A stretch of 64,000 bases of DNA, taken from NCBI GenBank assembly GCA_034670305.1, contig JAXMNT010000002.1, forward strand, positions 96,001-160,000, written 5' to 3'. The notes under the pieces are model-generated. The model did not search any database, had not been told where the DNA came from, and saw nothing but the letters and a program-made list of their open reading frames with translations. This document shows, one piece after another, positions 20,483-30,401 of the stretch; the stretch's first letter is position 1, and every line of letters begins with the position of its first letter. The stretch comes from Deltaproteobacteria bacterium (lineage in GTDB: Bacteria > Myxococcota_A > Polyangia > Polyangiales > Houyiibacteriaceae). The translations under genes and the position numbers were made by a program.

Positions 20483-21862
20483 TCAGCGTCGTCGGCGCAT
20501 CCCGACCCAGGCGAGGAGCGCGAACGCGACCGCAGGCACGCCGCCGTTGCCGCCGGTCCGACAGGAGCAGCCACCGCTGCTCACCGAGCCGCGGCCGCCA
20601 TCGCGTCCCGACCCGCCGCCGTCGACGCCGCCGCCATCCACGCCGGGTCCCGCATCGACGCCCTCCCCGAGGCAGTCGCCTTCGTCGAATGTGCCGTCGC
20701 AATCGTCGTCGAGTCCGTTGGCGCAGATCTCGCGGTGGTCCGGGTGGACTTCGGGGTTGGTGTCGTCGCAATCGGCGAGTTCACTGAATCCGTCTCCGTC
20801 CACATCCGGTCCCCGCGCGTGCCGGTTCTGCAGGCACCGACCCCGCACGCATCCGTGTTCGCAGGAGACCGCGTCGCACGGGTTGGTGTCGGTGCAGACG
20901 CCGTCCATGCAGAACGCTTCGCAGCTTGCTGCATCGCACGGGTCGGGCAGACAGGCACCGCTTGCGCAGCCCCAAGAACAAGCGTGCAGCGTGGAGTCGT
21001 CGCGGCAAGCGATGGCGGTCGCGTCGATCCGGAAGTGCACCGAGTTGACGCCTCGACAGCCGTCCACGACGAACCCGAAGTCTCGGCCCGCCTCGATCTC
21101 CGCCCGCCAGTCGGGGCACCAGTGGTTGAGACAGATGCGGTTCGCCTCGCCGGCCACCAAAAGGAAGGTGCCCATGAAGACCGGCTCGCTCGGCACGCAG
21201 CATCGTCCATGGCTGTTGCCCGGTCGGCACACGCGGCCCGCTTCGCAGTCACCATCGCCGGTGCAGTCCGGGGTGTTGTCCGAGTCGAAGACCAGGAAGC
21301 GGTCGCCCGCGTTGCGCTCCACCGCGTCGCCGGGTGCGTTGCACGAGTTCTGAATCGTGAGGTAACCGGTTTCGTCGAGCTGGTCGTCGCACGACTCGCT
21401 CAGCTCGGTGTCGAAGATCGAGTAGTAGCCCGTCTCGTCCACGAGCAACGTGCCGCACCCTTCCTCCGGCGCCCGGTCCCCCAGTGCAAAGATCTGTCCG
21501 TTGTCGTCTCCGTCGATGTCGTCGATGAACTCGAAGGGCAGATCGCCGCCCGTCGCCGAACAAGGCGGCGGCGGGTCCGAGCACAGGTCGCGGCCGAACT
21601 CGTCCCAGCAGGGGTTGCCGCATTCGGGATCGCAGCTGAGATCGCCGGGGGCGCAGCTCGGGTCGCAGGCTGGGTAATCCGGCGCGTCGCAGTGACAATC
21701 CGCGTTGCAGTCGGGGTTGTCCGGCTCGCGGTAACACGGGGGCGGCGGGATGCAGAACTCGTCGCCGGGTGCACACCCGTGCTGCGCCGAAGCGGTCTCA
21801 GGGATCCATCCGACCGCGGTTACCGCAGTCGCCACTGCTGCCCAAACCAAACACCCGCGCAT
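20483..21862 (-). CDS. Cys-rich surface protein with MopE-like metal-binding motif and MYXO-CTERM sorting signal
   Basis: Signal peptide; DVDGDGF..DCDDTNPEVHP..EICANGLDDDCDG; C-terminus GGCSC-hydrophobic-RRRR. Confidence 0.85.
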   Translation of the reverse strand: MRGCLVWAAVATAVTAVGWIPETASAQHGCAPGDEFCIPPPPCYREPDNPDCNADCHCDAPDYPACDPSCAPGDLSCDPECGNPCWDEFGRDLCSDPPPPCSATGGDLPFEFIDDIDGDDNGQIFALGDRAPEEGCGTLLVDETGYYSIFDTELSESCDDQLDETGYLTIQNSCNAPGDAVERNAGDRFLVFDSDNTPDCTGDGDCEAGRVCRPGNSHGRCCVPSEPVFMGTFLLVAGEANRICLNHWCPDWRAEIEAGRDFGFVVDGCRGVNSVHFRIDATAIACRDDSTLHACSWGCASGACLPDPCDAASCEAFCMDGVCTDTNPCDAVSCEHGCVRGRCLQNRHARGPDVDGDGFSELADCDDTNPEVHPDHREICANGLDDDCDGTFDEGDCLGEGVDAGPGVDGGGVDGGGSGRDGGRGSVSSGGCSCRTGGNGGVPAVAFALLAWVGMRRRR

Positions 21863-22011
21863 CTTCGACCCCATTCCGAGACTCGGTCTCTCGCAACAGT
21901 GTGCACGCTCCGTACCAGCGAAGAAACCCCCGCACCGGCGTCTGTCGCGACGCGAACGCGGTCGACCGACCCCAACCATGTGGGACCGTCGTCCCCAGCC
22001 GGACAGCGAAT

Positions 22012-22977
22012 CTAGGGCGTGACCGGCTCTGCGGGTTCGGATTCGCGCACCACCAGCTCGATGCTGGCCGGCTCGACCCGAACGATCTCGATGCCCGCCG
22101 GGACGCCGCGGAGCGCGACTGGCAACACCACTGGACCCGCGCCCGCATCGCCGATGTCGACGTAGGGAATCACGGAAGCGGGGTCGACCAGGTCGACTTC
22201 GTTCGGCACGCCGCGAAGGATCACGCTGATGGCCTCGGGTCGCATCGATGCCGCTTCCCCGCCTTCCACCTGAACCCGAAGTCCCGGAAGCGAACGTTCC
22301 GCCAGATCGGGCACCACCTCGATGCGAACGCGGCTCGGACCGTCCTGCCCGTAGCGGGAGTACGGCGGAGGTGGCTCGAGGCGGGTGCGCACCTGATGAA
22401 TGCCGGCCTCGAGCCCACCGAGCTCGATGGGTTCCGTCCGGACCGAACGCATGTCGCGCAGCTCCTCGGCTGGACCGACCACGGTGACCTCCGCGGGATC
22501 CACGCGGGCCGGCTCGCCAAGCGCGAGCCCGTCGCTGGGTGTGCCGGTCAAGGTCGGCTGCACCGGCAGCGTGCGCTCGAGTCGGTCTGCCCAGCGCAGC
22601 GAGATGGACGCCGGTGCCACTTGAGAAATGGCGATGCCCGCGGGCACCTCGAACTCGTCGTCCGCAAAGTAGTAGTAGTGCAGGTCCGTGTCCGTCAGAT
22701 CGATCTGAACCGGTGGAATCGCACCCGGCCGGATCGAGTTCAGCTGCGACCGGCTGCCCCGCAATGTCAGCCGCACCTGGTCGGGCAACTCGCTGACCAA
22801 CATCTGCTCCGTCGATGGCAGCGGCAGCAACGCGACGACATCGACGAACACCGATCGCTGCGCGTCCTCGGCGCCCCGCACCAGACTGAACAGCACGATG
22901 GCCGCAGCGAGCGAAAGAAGCTTGAGGCCGAGGTTGTTGGTCAGCAGGTCCCGCGCCGTGCGCTCGCGCATCTTCAC
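22012..22977 (-). CDS. cdaR: CdaR/YbbR-domain regulator of diadenylate cyclase
   Basis: NNLGLKLLSLAAAIVLF TM followed by YbbR-like repeats. GTGA overlap with cdaA. Confidence 0.85.
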   Translation of the reverse strand: MKMRERTARDLLTNNLGLKLLSLAAAIVLFSLVRGAEDAQRSVFVDVVALLPLPSTEQMLVSELPDQVRLTLRGSRSQLNSIRPGAIPPVQIDLTDTDLHYYYFADDEFEVPAGIAISQVAPASISLRWADRLERTLPVQPTLTGTPSDGLALGEPARVDPAEVTVVGPAEELRDMRSVRTEPIELGGLEAGIHQVRTRLEPPPPYSRYGQDGPSRVRIEVVPDLAERSLPGLRVQVEGGEAASMRPEAISVILRGVPNEVDLVDPASVIPYVDIGDAGAGPVVLPVALRGVPAGIEIVRVEPASIELVVRESEPAEPVTP

Positions 22978-23936
22978 GAGGACTCCTCGGCGCTCGACGC
23001 GGCGGCGGTCGGCACGGCGGCGATCGCATCGTCTTCATCTGGAACCAGACTGATGCGCTCGGCGGACTTCTGGGTCGCTGCGCGCTTCTTCTTCTTCTTT
23101 TTCGGAATCACGGCGTCCGCAGCTTTGGTGGGCCGGTAAAAGAGTCCGAACAACGCTTCGCGAAGGGAATCCGCGTCGAGGTTCCGCACGATGTTGCCGT
23201 TGAAGCACAACGAGACGGCACCGCGTTCTTCGCTCACCACGACCACGACCGCGTCGGTCTCTTCGGAGATTCCGAGCGCCGCGCGGTGACGGGTGCCCAA
23301 GGTCCGGTCGTGGCTGCCGCCGCTCAGCGGCAACACGGCGCCGGCTTGCCAGACGCGCCCTTCCCTCACGATCACCGCGCCATCGTGCATCGGGTTCTCG
23401 AAGCTGGGAATGAAGATGCTGTAGAGCAACTCCTTGCTGACGGCTGCGTCGAGCGTGGTGCCGTTTTCGATGAACTCACCGAGCTCCGCTTCACGCTCGA
23501 AGACGACCAGGCCACCAATGCGTTTCTGGGCGAGTGCGATGGCGGCTTTGACCACTTCTTCGATGACCGCCGTCTCGCGTGCGGTGCGCTGTCCGCGGAA
23601 GAGCGGACCGCGCCCGACCCGCATCAACGCGCGCCGGATGTCCGCTTGGAAGATGACGACCACGACGAGCACGAAGTACGTGACGATCGAGTCGAGAATC
23701 GTCCACACGGTGATGAGCCCGAGCTTGCGCGCACCGAGGTACGCGATGGACACGAGCAAGAGTCCGAGCGCCATCTGCATCGCGCGGGTACCGCGAATGA
23801 TCAGCAGACCCCAGTAGATGGCGACGGCCACGATGCCCACGTCGAGCGCGTCTTTGAGCACCTCGGTGATCGGCCGCTCGAAGAACCCGAAGAGGCCGTT
23901 CGCCATCTCCCCGAGCCATGTCCAGAACGCCTCCAT
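22974..23936 (-). CDS. cdaA: Membrane-bound diadenylate cyclase
   Basis: Three TM segments, IFQADIRRAL, catalytic HDGA and GTRHRAA, VSEERG. Confidence 0.95.
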   Translation of the reverse strand: MEAFWTWLGEMANGLFGFFERPITEVLKDALDVGIVAVAIYWGLLIIRGTRAMQMALGLLLVSIAYLGARKLGLITVWTILDSIVTYFVLVVVVIFQADIRRALMRVGRGPLFRGQRTARETAVIEEVVKAAIALAQKRIGGLVVFEREAELGEFIENGTTLDAAVSKELLYSIFIPSFENPMHDGAVIVREGRVWQAGAVLPLSGGSHDRTLGTRHRAALGISEETDAVVVVVSEERGAVSLCFNGNIVRNLDADSLREALFGLFYRPTKAADAVIPKKKKKKRAATQKSAERISLVPDEDDAIAAVPTAAASSAEESS

Positions 23937-24916
23937 CAGCGCACGCCCAAACGGGCAGGCGCACCGGTCGATTGCGCAACGGCGTGGACCAGCTGCGTCG
24001 CTTGAAACGCAGCCGCGACGTCGTGGACCCGGACCGCACGCGCGCCAGCCAGCGCCGCCCACGTCGTGGTCGCCGTGGTCCCGTGTTCGCGCCCCAGCGG
24101 GCCGGGGCGTGCGCCGTCCGCGCCCGGTGCCAACGCACCGATGAACGACTTGCGGGAAGCGCCGAGCAACACGGGGTGACCCAGCGTGGTCAGTTCCGCC
24201 AGGTGTGCGAGCAGCCGCGCGGACTGCGCCGGCGTCTTGGCGAACCCGAGCCCCGGATCGATCCAGATGTCCTGCGGATCGATGCCCCGACCCACCGCGC
24301 GCCCGATGGCAACCTGGAGCTCGGAGATCACCTCGGACACCACGTCGTCGTAGTCCGTGTTCGGCGGTGCGACCTCACCCCGTCCGCGGGTGTGCATCAA
24401 GACGCAACCGGCCCCGAAAAGCGCGACCTCGTCGAGCAGCGCCTCGCTGCGCCCCATCGAGACGTCGTTGATGATGTGGGCGCCCGCTTGCAGGCAGATG
24501 CACGCCACCGACGGTTTCACGGTGTCGATCGAGAGCGTGGTCTGCGGCGCATGCTTCCGGAGCCCACGGATCACCTCGAGCACCCGGGCGGTCTCCTCGG
24601 CGGCGTCCACCTCGTCTGCACCCGCACCGTACGCGCTGCCTTTCGGGCGGGAGCTCTCCCCCCCGATGTCGATGACGTCCGCTCCGAGGCGGATCATCTC
24701 GAGCCCGTGGGCGATGGCGGCGTCGGTATCGAGGTACGCGCCGCCGTCGCTGAAGGAGTCCGGGGTGACGTTCAGGACACCCCAGACCTCGCAGCGTGGG
24801 GTGTCGGCAAGAGAGTCCAACAAACGCGACGCGAGCGGAGCCTCATGGACCCCACCCGCACTCATTGCGTCTGTTTCAGACTCTTGCCCTGTGGTGCGCA
24901 ACGGGCGCCCACTCAT
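23936..24916 (-). CDS. folP: Dihydropteroate synthase
   Basis: GVLNVTPDSFSDGG, DIGGESSRP, DPGLGFAK, SRKSFIG, RVHDV. Confidence 0.96.
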   Translation of the reverse strand: MSGRPLRTTGQESETDAMSAGGVHEAPLASRLLDSLADTPRCEVWGVLNVTPDSFSDGGAYLDTDAAIAHGLEMIRLGADVIDIGGESSRPKGSAYGAGADEVDAAEETARVLEVIRGLRKHAPQTTLSIDTVKPSVACICLQAGAHIINDVSMGRSEALLDEVALFGAGCVLMHTRGRGEVAPPNTDYDDVVSEVISELQVAIGRAVGRGIDPQDIWIDPGLGFAKTPAQSARLLAHLAELTTLGHPVLLGASRKSFIGALAPGADGARPGPLGREHGTTATTTWAALAGARAVRVHDVAAAFQATQLVHAVAQSTGAPARLGVR

Positions 24917-24927
24917 GCCATCCCCCG

Positions 24928-26847
24928 TCAGCCTGCGCTGGGTACCTCTCGCGGACGCGGCTGAAAGATCGAGCCCTTCCGCTTGTCCTTCTCGTCCTTC
25001 TTCTTCTCATCGTAGCTCAGGATGATGATCCGCTCCGCTGGCGGCATCTCCCGACCGTCTCGGATCGCGTCGAGTTCTTCGCGACCAATGGTCTCGCGCT
25101 CGAGCAGCGCTTCGGCGATCTTGTCGAGGCGTTCCCGGTTCTCCTCGATCAGCGCGCGGGCTCGGGCGTACTGGGCATCGATGATGCTTCGCACTTCCGC
25201 GTCGATCTGGTTCGCCGTCGAGTCGGAGTATTCTTTGTGGTAGCTCGCGCCGAGGAAGCCGGACTCTTCGCGCTCGACGTAGGCGAGCGGCCCGAGCGCT
25301 TTGGTCATGCCCCACTCGGTCACCATGGACCGGGCCCGCTGGGTGGCTTTCTTGAAGTCGTCCGCGGCGCCCGTCGTGAGCTGACCGAACACCACTTCTT
25401 CGGCGATGCGGCCCGAGAGCATCATCGCGATCTGGTCGAGGAGCCATTCGCTCGACACGCTGAGCCGATCCTCTTCGGGCAACGTCATCGTCACACCAAG
25501 GGCCGGGCCGCGGGGAATGATGGTGACCTTGTGAATCGGGTCGTGGTTGGGGAGCAGCATGCCGACGAGGGCGTGACCGGCCTCGTGGTAGGCGGTCGTG
25601 CGCTTCTCTTTGTCGCTGATGACCATCGAGCGGCGTTCGGATCCCATGAGGACCTTGTCCTTCGCCATCTCGATGTCGCTCATCGACACGAAGTCCTTGT
25701 CCTGTCGCGCAGCGAGCAGGGCTGCCTCGTTCACGAGGTTCTCGAGGTCGGCGCCGCTGAACCCAGGGGTGCCTCGGCCGATCACTTCGAGTTCGACGTC
25801 GGGCGCGAGCGGGACCTTCCGGGTGTGCACCTGAAGGATGCCGCAGCGTCCCTTGAGGTCGGGCCGGGGCACGATGATGCGTCGGTCGAATCGGCCGGGG
25901 CGCAGAATCGCCGGGTCGAGGACGTCGGGCCGGTTGGTCGCGGCGATGATGATCACACCATCGGTCGACTCGAACCCGTCCATCTCGACCAGGAGCTGGT
26001 TCAGGGTCTGCTCGCGCTCGTCGTGCCCGCCGCCGAGGCCGGAGCCACGGTGCCGACCGACCGCGTCGATCTCATCGATGAAGATGATGCAGGGCGCGTG
26101 CTTCTTGCCTTGCTCGAACAGGTCGCGCACGCGGCTCGCGCCGACGCCCACGAACATCTCGACGAAGTCCGAACCAGAGATGCTGAAGAACGGGACGCCC
26201 GCCTCGCCCGCGATGGCGCGCGCCAAGAGGGTCTTGCCGGTGCCGGGCGCGCCCATGAGCAGTACGCCCTTCGGGATGCGGCCGCCGAGCCGTTGGAACT
26301 TCTTCGGGTCCTTGAGGAACTCGATGATTTCTTGGCAGTCGTCCTTCGCCTCGTCGATGCCTGCGACGTCGGCGAACGTGACCTTGTTCTGCGACTCGTT
26401 CAGCAACCGCGCCTTGGACTTGCCAAAGCTCATCGCCTTGCCCCCGGATGCTTGGAGCTGTCGCATGAAGAAGAAAAAGATCACCAGCAAGAAGATCATC
26501 GGCAGCCACGTGACGAGCAGACTCGTCCACAGGCTGTTCTGATCCTCGGGCAGCCACTTCACCGCGACCGAGTGGTCTTCGAGGAGCTGATCGATGCGGT
26601 CGCTGATGCGGCCTTCGGTGAGCTTCTTCTCCGGCCGCTCGCCCACTCGGACCCAGTACGTGTACTGGCCGCTGTGCTCGCGCGGTTGGATCTCCACCTT
26701 CTCGACGTTGCCGGCGCGCACGTCTTCGATGAACTGCGTGAAGTTCACAGCGCGCGGACTGTCGTCGCCGTCGACCAGTTTCCAGATCGCGACGAACATC
26801 AGGATCAGGAGGACCCAGAGCAGGAGTGTCTTGTGGCTTTGCTTCAC
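24928..26847 (-). CDS. ftsH: ATP-dependent zinc metalloprotease FtsH
   Basis: Two TMs, [34 protein letters not shown] upstream of GTG 26847. Confidence 0.98.
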   Translation of the reverse strand: MKQSHKTLLLWVLLILMFVAIWKLVDGDDSPRAVNFTQFIEDVRAGNVEKVEIQPREHSGQYTYWVRVGERPEKKLTEGRISDRIDQLLEDHSVAVKWLPEDQNSLWTSLLVTWLPMIFLLVIFFFFMRQLQASGGKAMSFGKSKARLLNESQNKVTFADVAGIDEAKDDCQEIIEFLKDPKKFQRLGGRIPKGVLLMGAPGTGKTLLARAIAGEAGVPFFSISGSDFVEMFVGVGASRVRDLFEQGKKHAPCIIFIDEIDAVGRHRGSGLGGGHDEREQTLNQLLVEMDGFESTDGVIIIAATNRPDVLDPAILRPGRFDRRIIVPRPDLKGRCGILQVHTRKVPLAPDVELEVIGRGTPGFSGADLENLVNEAALLAARQDKDFVSMSDIEMAKDKVLMGSERRSMVISDKEKRTTAYHEAGHALVGMLLPNHDPIHKVTIIPRGPALGVTMTLPEEDRLSVSSEWLLDQIAMMLSGRIAEEVVFGQLTTGAADDFKKATQRARSMVTEWGMTKALGPLAYVEREESGFLGASYHKEYSDSTANQIDAEVRSIIDAQYARARALIEENRERLDKIAEALLERETIGREELDAIRDGREMPPAERIIILSYDEKKKDEKDKRKGSIFQPRPREVPSAG

Positions 26848-27119
26848 GGACACCTCGTGCCCACGTCACGACCCGAAACGGACGGGAGGTGCGGGAGCGG
26901 AACACTCGAACGGAGACGGTGAGAATGGATGATCACAGGGTACCCACCTCACGTGGGCCCAAACAAGTTCGTAGACCCCACGAGGAGCATCCGCAAGCGT
27001 CGGAAATGATTTTGAATCCGGGAGTTGGCTCGGGGGCGCGGACGAACTCCTCCATGAACGGTGTTCTCATGTCACGTCGGTCGCGTCCCGAGGCGAAACG
27101 TGACGCTCCGAGGTCGCGT

Positions 27120-28124
27120 TCAGACCGGCGGGGGCTTGGGTGGGCCGACCGCTTGCACACACACCCGCCCCTCCACGACACACACCGCGGCGGCGTCCGA
27201 GGTGCGGACCTCCCCCGCCCCCGTGCAGACCAGGTGATCCACCGCAATAAGCCGGTCGTCGGAGGGTTCCTGGCCGATCTGGCGACGCAGCCACTGACGA
27301 AGCACCTCCCGCCGCGTACCGCCGCTCAGCCGCTTCAGCCGGACCCTCGAGAGCCCCGACCCCGTCTCGACCCGCACCAGCCAGCGACGACCTCGCGCCC
27401 GCCGGGCGCGCGTGGCGTCCGCTGCGTCCGCCGCCAAGGCCGCGAGGTGGTCCTTCGCGCGCGGGTCGATCTGTTCGAGGGTCGACCACAGATCTCGAAT
27501 GCGTGCCCGCTCGAATCGGAGGTCTTCGTTGGAGGGATCTTCGATCCACGCGACGCCACGAGACCGCAGCCAACCCCGCAGTTCCTCGCGCCGGATTTCG
27601 AGCAACGGGCGCACGACCCCATCGCGCCGCCGAAAAGCGACCCCCCGGAGCGCACTGACCCTGCCACCACGCAGCGCTCGGGACAGCACGGTCTCCGCCT
27701 GGTCGTCCAGCGTGTGGCCGGTCGCGACAAAGGTCGCCCCCACCCGCTGCGCGCACTCCTGAAGCGCCCGGTAGCGCAGACGCCGAGCTCGGTCGTGCAG
27801 GTTGCCCCCAGCGCCGAGATCCACCCGCAAGGGCTCGAACCCGAGCCCGAGACTGGCGGCAAACGTGCCCACGAACGCGACCTCGTCGCGCGCTTCGGCA
27901 CGCAGGCCATGGTCGACCGAAGCAACCGTCAGCTGCATCGGACATCGGTGCCGCGCTTCGTGAAGCGCGAGCACGAGGCCGATGCTGTCTCCGCCCCCCG
28001 AACACGCGACCAGGACGTGCGGCGCACCCGCGGTGGCGGGCGTGCCGGCCAAGGGACGCAGGAGCCGGTGGCATTCGATCGTGTGGAGGACCTGCTCCTT
28101 CACGCCCCGGCGCGATCGGCTCAT
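27120..28124 (-). CDS. tilS: tRNA(Ile)-lysidine synthase (short form)
   Basis: SGGGDS, VDHGLR, ARRLRY, TGHTLDDQAET, RPLL, EDPSN. Canonical position upstream of ftsH. Confidence 0.93.
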   Translation of the reverse strand: MSRSRRGVKEQVLHTIECHRLLRPLAGTPATAGAPHVLVACSGGGDSIGLVLALHEARHRCPMQLTVASVDHGLRAEARDEVAFVGTFAASLGLGFEPLRVDLGAGGNLHDRARRLRYRALQECAQRVGATFVATGHTLDDQAETVLSRALRGGRVSALRGVAFRRRDGVVRPLLEIRREELRGWLRSRGVAWIEDPSNEDLRFERARIRDLWSTLEQIDPRAKDHLAALAADAADATRARRARGRRWLVRVETGSGLSRVRLKRLSGGTRREVLRQWLRRQIGQEPSDDRLIAVDHLVCTGAGEVRTSDAAAVCVVEGRVCVQAVGPPKPPPV

Positions 28125-29404
28125 TCGCAGTCGACGAACATCCGGTAGCGGCCCCCGGAGGAGCGCGCGCCGTACAGCACGGTGAAGCTCGGCCGCGCGA
28201 CGATGGAGACGCTGCCGTCGCCGCCGCCGAGCGCGATGGTCGAGCGCACGTACGCGCGGAGCGTGTTGTCGAGCACCCAGCCGCGGGCACCAGGGTCATC
28301 CAGAATCGCGATGTTCGGCCCTTCGCGATCGATGCGCACGTCCTGCACGAGGGCGGCCGGACCGGGTTCGGGTTCCGAGGTGGCACCGTCGGCGTCGAAG
28401 CGCTGCAGCGTCATGCCGATGCCGTCGTCGTACGCGACCACGACCTGGTCCGTATCGCTCGCGAGCGCACCGCGGCCGAGTCCTTCGACGCCCATGGGAC
28501 CCGGCGCCGCCAACGTCGTGGCGCGCCCGACAAAACGGATCCCGTCGCGAATCACCACGGCCAGATCGGAACCGGTGCTGGCGATGTCGAGCCCGGGGTG
28601 CTCCGCGTCGATCGGGAGCACATCCAGCACGATCGGCTCGGCTTCGAGATCCGTCCAGACGATGCGTTCGGGCAACCCAGGACCGGTCATGACGTCCGCC
28701 GCCATCGCCCAACCCGCACCGTGCGGCACGAGCGCGAGGTCGAGCACCTGCCCACCCGCGTCGAACTCGGTGGGCCCTTCCAACGTCTCGAGCGACGACC
28801 CGAGCACCACGTACCGCAACGCGCCGATGTCGGTCTGGGCGACGACGAGCGTGGTGTCCTCTCGCGCCGACGCGGCGAACTTCAGGAACGCGCCACCGCG
28901 CGCGAGACGCATCAGTTCGAACGGGATGTCGGGGACGCCCGACCGGTCGAGTTCGCGGGCGAAGAGCGCGGAGTCGCTGCCGTCGACGAGCAAGATGTGC
29001 TCGCCGGCGCGGGTCACGATCGCCCGGGTGTCGGTGACGCCCGGGGCGGTTGCATCGAAGCTTCGGGGGGGCGCCCCTTCGTCGATGCGGGTGTCGCAGT
29101 CTTGATCGATCCCATCGCACCGTTCGAATGCGCTGGGGTTCACCGACGGGTCGGTGTCGTCGCAGTCGAGGCCACAACCGAGTGGGGGTTCCCCGTCCCC
29201 GTCCCGGTCGATGAAGGGGCTGATCTCGGCGCACAGACCAGCGAGGCACCGAAAGTCCGCGCACATGTCGACTCGGCAGTCTTCGTCGAAGACACACGTG
29301 GGTTCGTCGCTGCGATCGATGTCCCGGTCGTCGGGCGGGCTGCTGCCGCAGCTGTCGAAGGGCACGCCCCAGACGAGGCTCAGCGCAAGCGCGATACGAA
29401 GCAT
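28121..29404 (-). CDS. Putative lipoprotein with MopE-like metal-binding motif
   Basis: DRDGDG..DCDDTDPSVNP..ERCDGIDQDCDTRIDEG. ATGA overlap with tilS. Start at 29404 is supported by TATCCT 7 nt upstream. Confidence 0.75.
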   Translation of the reverse strand: MLRIALALSLVWGVPFDSCGSSPPDDRDIDRSDEPTCVFDEDCRVDMCADFRCLAGLCAEISPFIDRDGDGEPPLGCGLDCDDTDPSVNPSAFERCDGIDQDCDTRIDEGAPPRSFDATAPGVTDTRAIVTRAGEHILLVDGSDSALFARELDRSGVPDIPFELMRLARGGAFLKFAASAREDTTLVVAQTDIGALRYVVLGSSLETLEGPTEFDAGGQVLDLALVPHGAGWAMAADVMTGPGLPERIVWTDLEAEPIVLDVLPIDAEHPGLDIASTGSDLAVVIRDGIRFVGRATTLAAPGPMGVEGLGRGALASDTDQVVVAYDDGIGMTLQRFDADGATSEPEPGPAALVQDVRIDREGPNIAILDDPGARGWVLDNTLRAYVRSTIALGGGDGSVSIVARPSFTVLYGARSSGGRYRMFVDCE

Positions 29405-29544
29405 GGGCACGAGGATAGCCGACAATCCGCGGGTGCGTTCGACCGCTTCGTCGGTTGTTCGATCGCGCCCGCGCGCCCACCAATTGCCAACGGCCCCGAC
29501 TCCGAAGAGGCGAGGCCGTTCGCAGTACGGATCGGCTCAGAGAA

Positions 29545-30192
29545 TCAGAAGCTGCCGCTGAAGAGGGAGAGGTGGAACTCGGTCCGCTGCTCTCCGCCGT
29601 ACTGGGCGAGCTCTTGGTTCGTGAACGTCTGCTGAACACCGAAGCCCGGCACGCCGAGCTGAAGTCGCTGGTTGCCGTAGCGAAGCAGGCCCGCACCGAC
29701 AGCGGCCTGGCGCTGCGCGTTGCGCGCGCGCTCCATCGCGGCGGTCTCTTCGGCTGCAGCCGCATCGTCCGCGGGGAGATCCGCCGGGTCTTCGACTTCA
29801 CCCTCTGGTGTGTCGGCCTGCTCGGGTGCGTCGTCGTCTGGGTCGTACGCGGTCACCGCGAGCGTCAGCACGAGCGAGGGCACGATGAGCGCGAGGCCCA
29901 GCGTCAACATCGCGACCGCTGCGCGCGGCTTGTCCTTGTTGTCGATCAAGAAGTGGCCGGCGACCGCGCCACCTGCCGCTCCGATGACCGGAAACAAGAT
30001 GAGCGCCCACGTGTCGTCGAGCCCAGCCGCAGCCGGGATCACCAGACCGAGCTCCGCTCCAATGAAGCCGAGACCGATCAGGCCCTTCGGCGACGCGTCG
30101 ACCTGCACCGGCACAGGGTCCTGTGCATGTGCCGTCTGGGGCGCGGAGAACGTCATCATCAGGGCGGCTGCGAGGGCTGCCACCCAACTCAT
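29545..30192 (-). CDS. Exported/membrane hypothetical protein
   Basis: Signal peptide ending AHA, Gly-rich hydrophobic helices, C-terminal LSLFSGSF. Start uncertain (30192 or 30213). Confidence 0.7.
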   Translation of the reverse strand: MSWVAALAAALMMTFSAPQTAHAQDPVPVQVDASPKGLIGLGFIGAELGLVIPAAAGLDDTWALILFPVIGAAGGAVAGHFLIDNKDKPRAAVAMLTLGLALIVPSLVLTLAVTAYDPDDDAPEQADTPEGEVEDPADLPADDAAAAEETAAMERARNAQRQAAVGAGLLRYGNQRLQLGVPGFGVQQTFTNQELAQYGGEQRTEFHLSLFSGSF

Positions 30193-30401
30193 TTGGCCAA
30201 TCTTCGAACGCAAGGATTTCCCCTCCAGAGGTCGGCCGGCACCTTACATGCCCGGCTCGGGCTTGTCGATCGGTGGTTTCTTCGCTGCGTTTTCCAGAAG
30301 ACAGCACTCGGAACCCCGGTCGTGACAGAGGTTGCCTCAAACCGGCCACAAGTTCACGCGGCCGCGTAGAAGTGGGAAGCGCTTCCTGTTATAGCTGCCC
30401 G

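Noticed and set aside
26854-27119. ftsH upstream region as an ncRNA or riboswitch
   Set aside because: No recognisable conserved motif or convincing stem. Most likely promoter/UTR.
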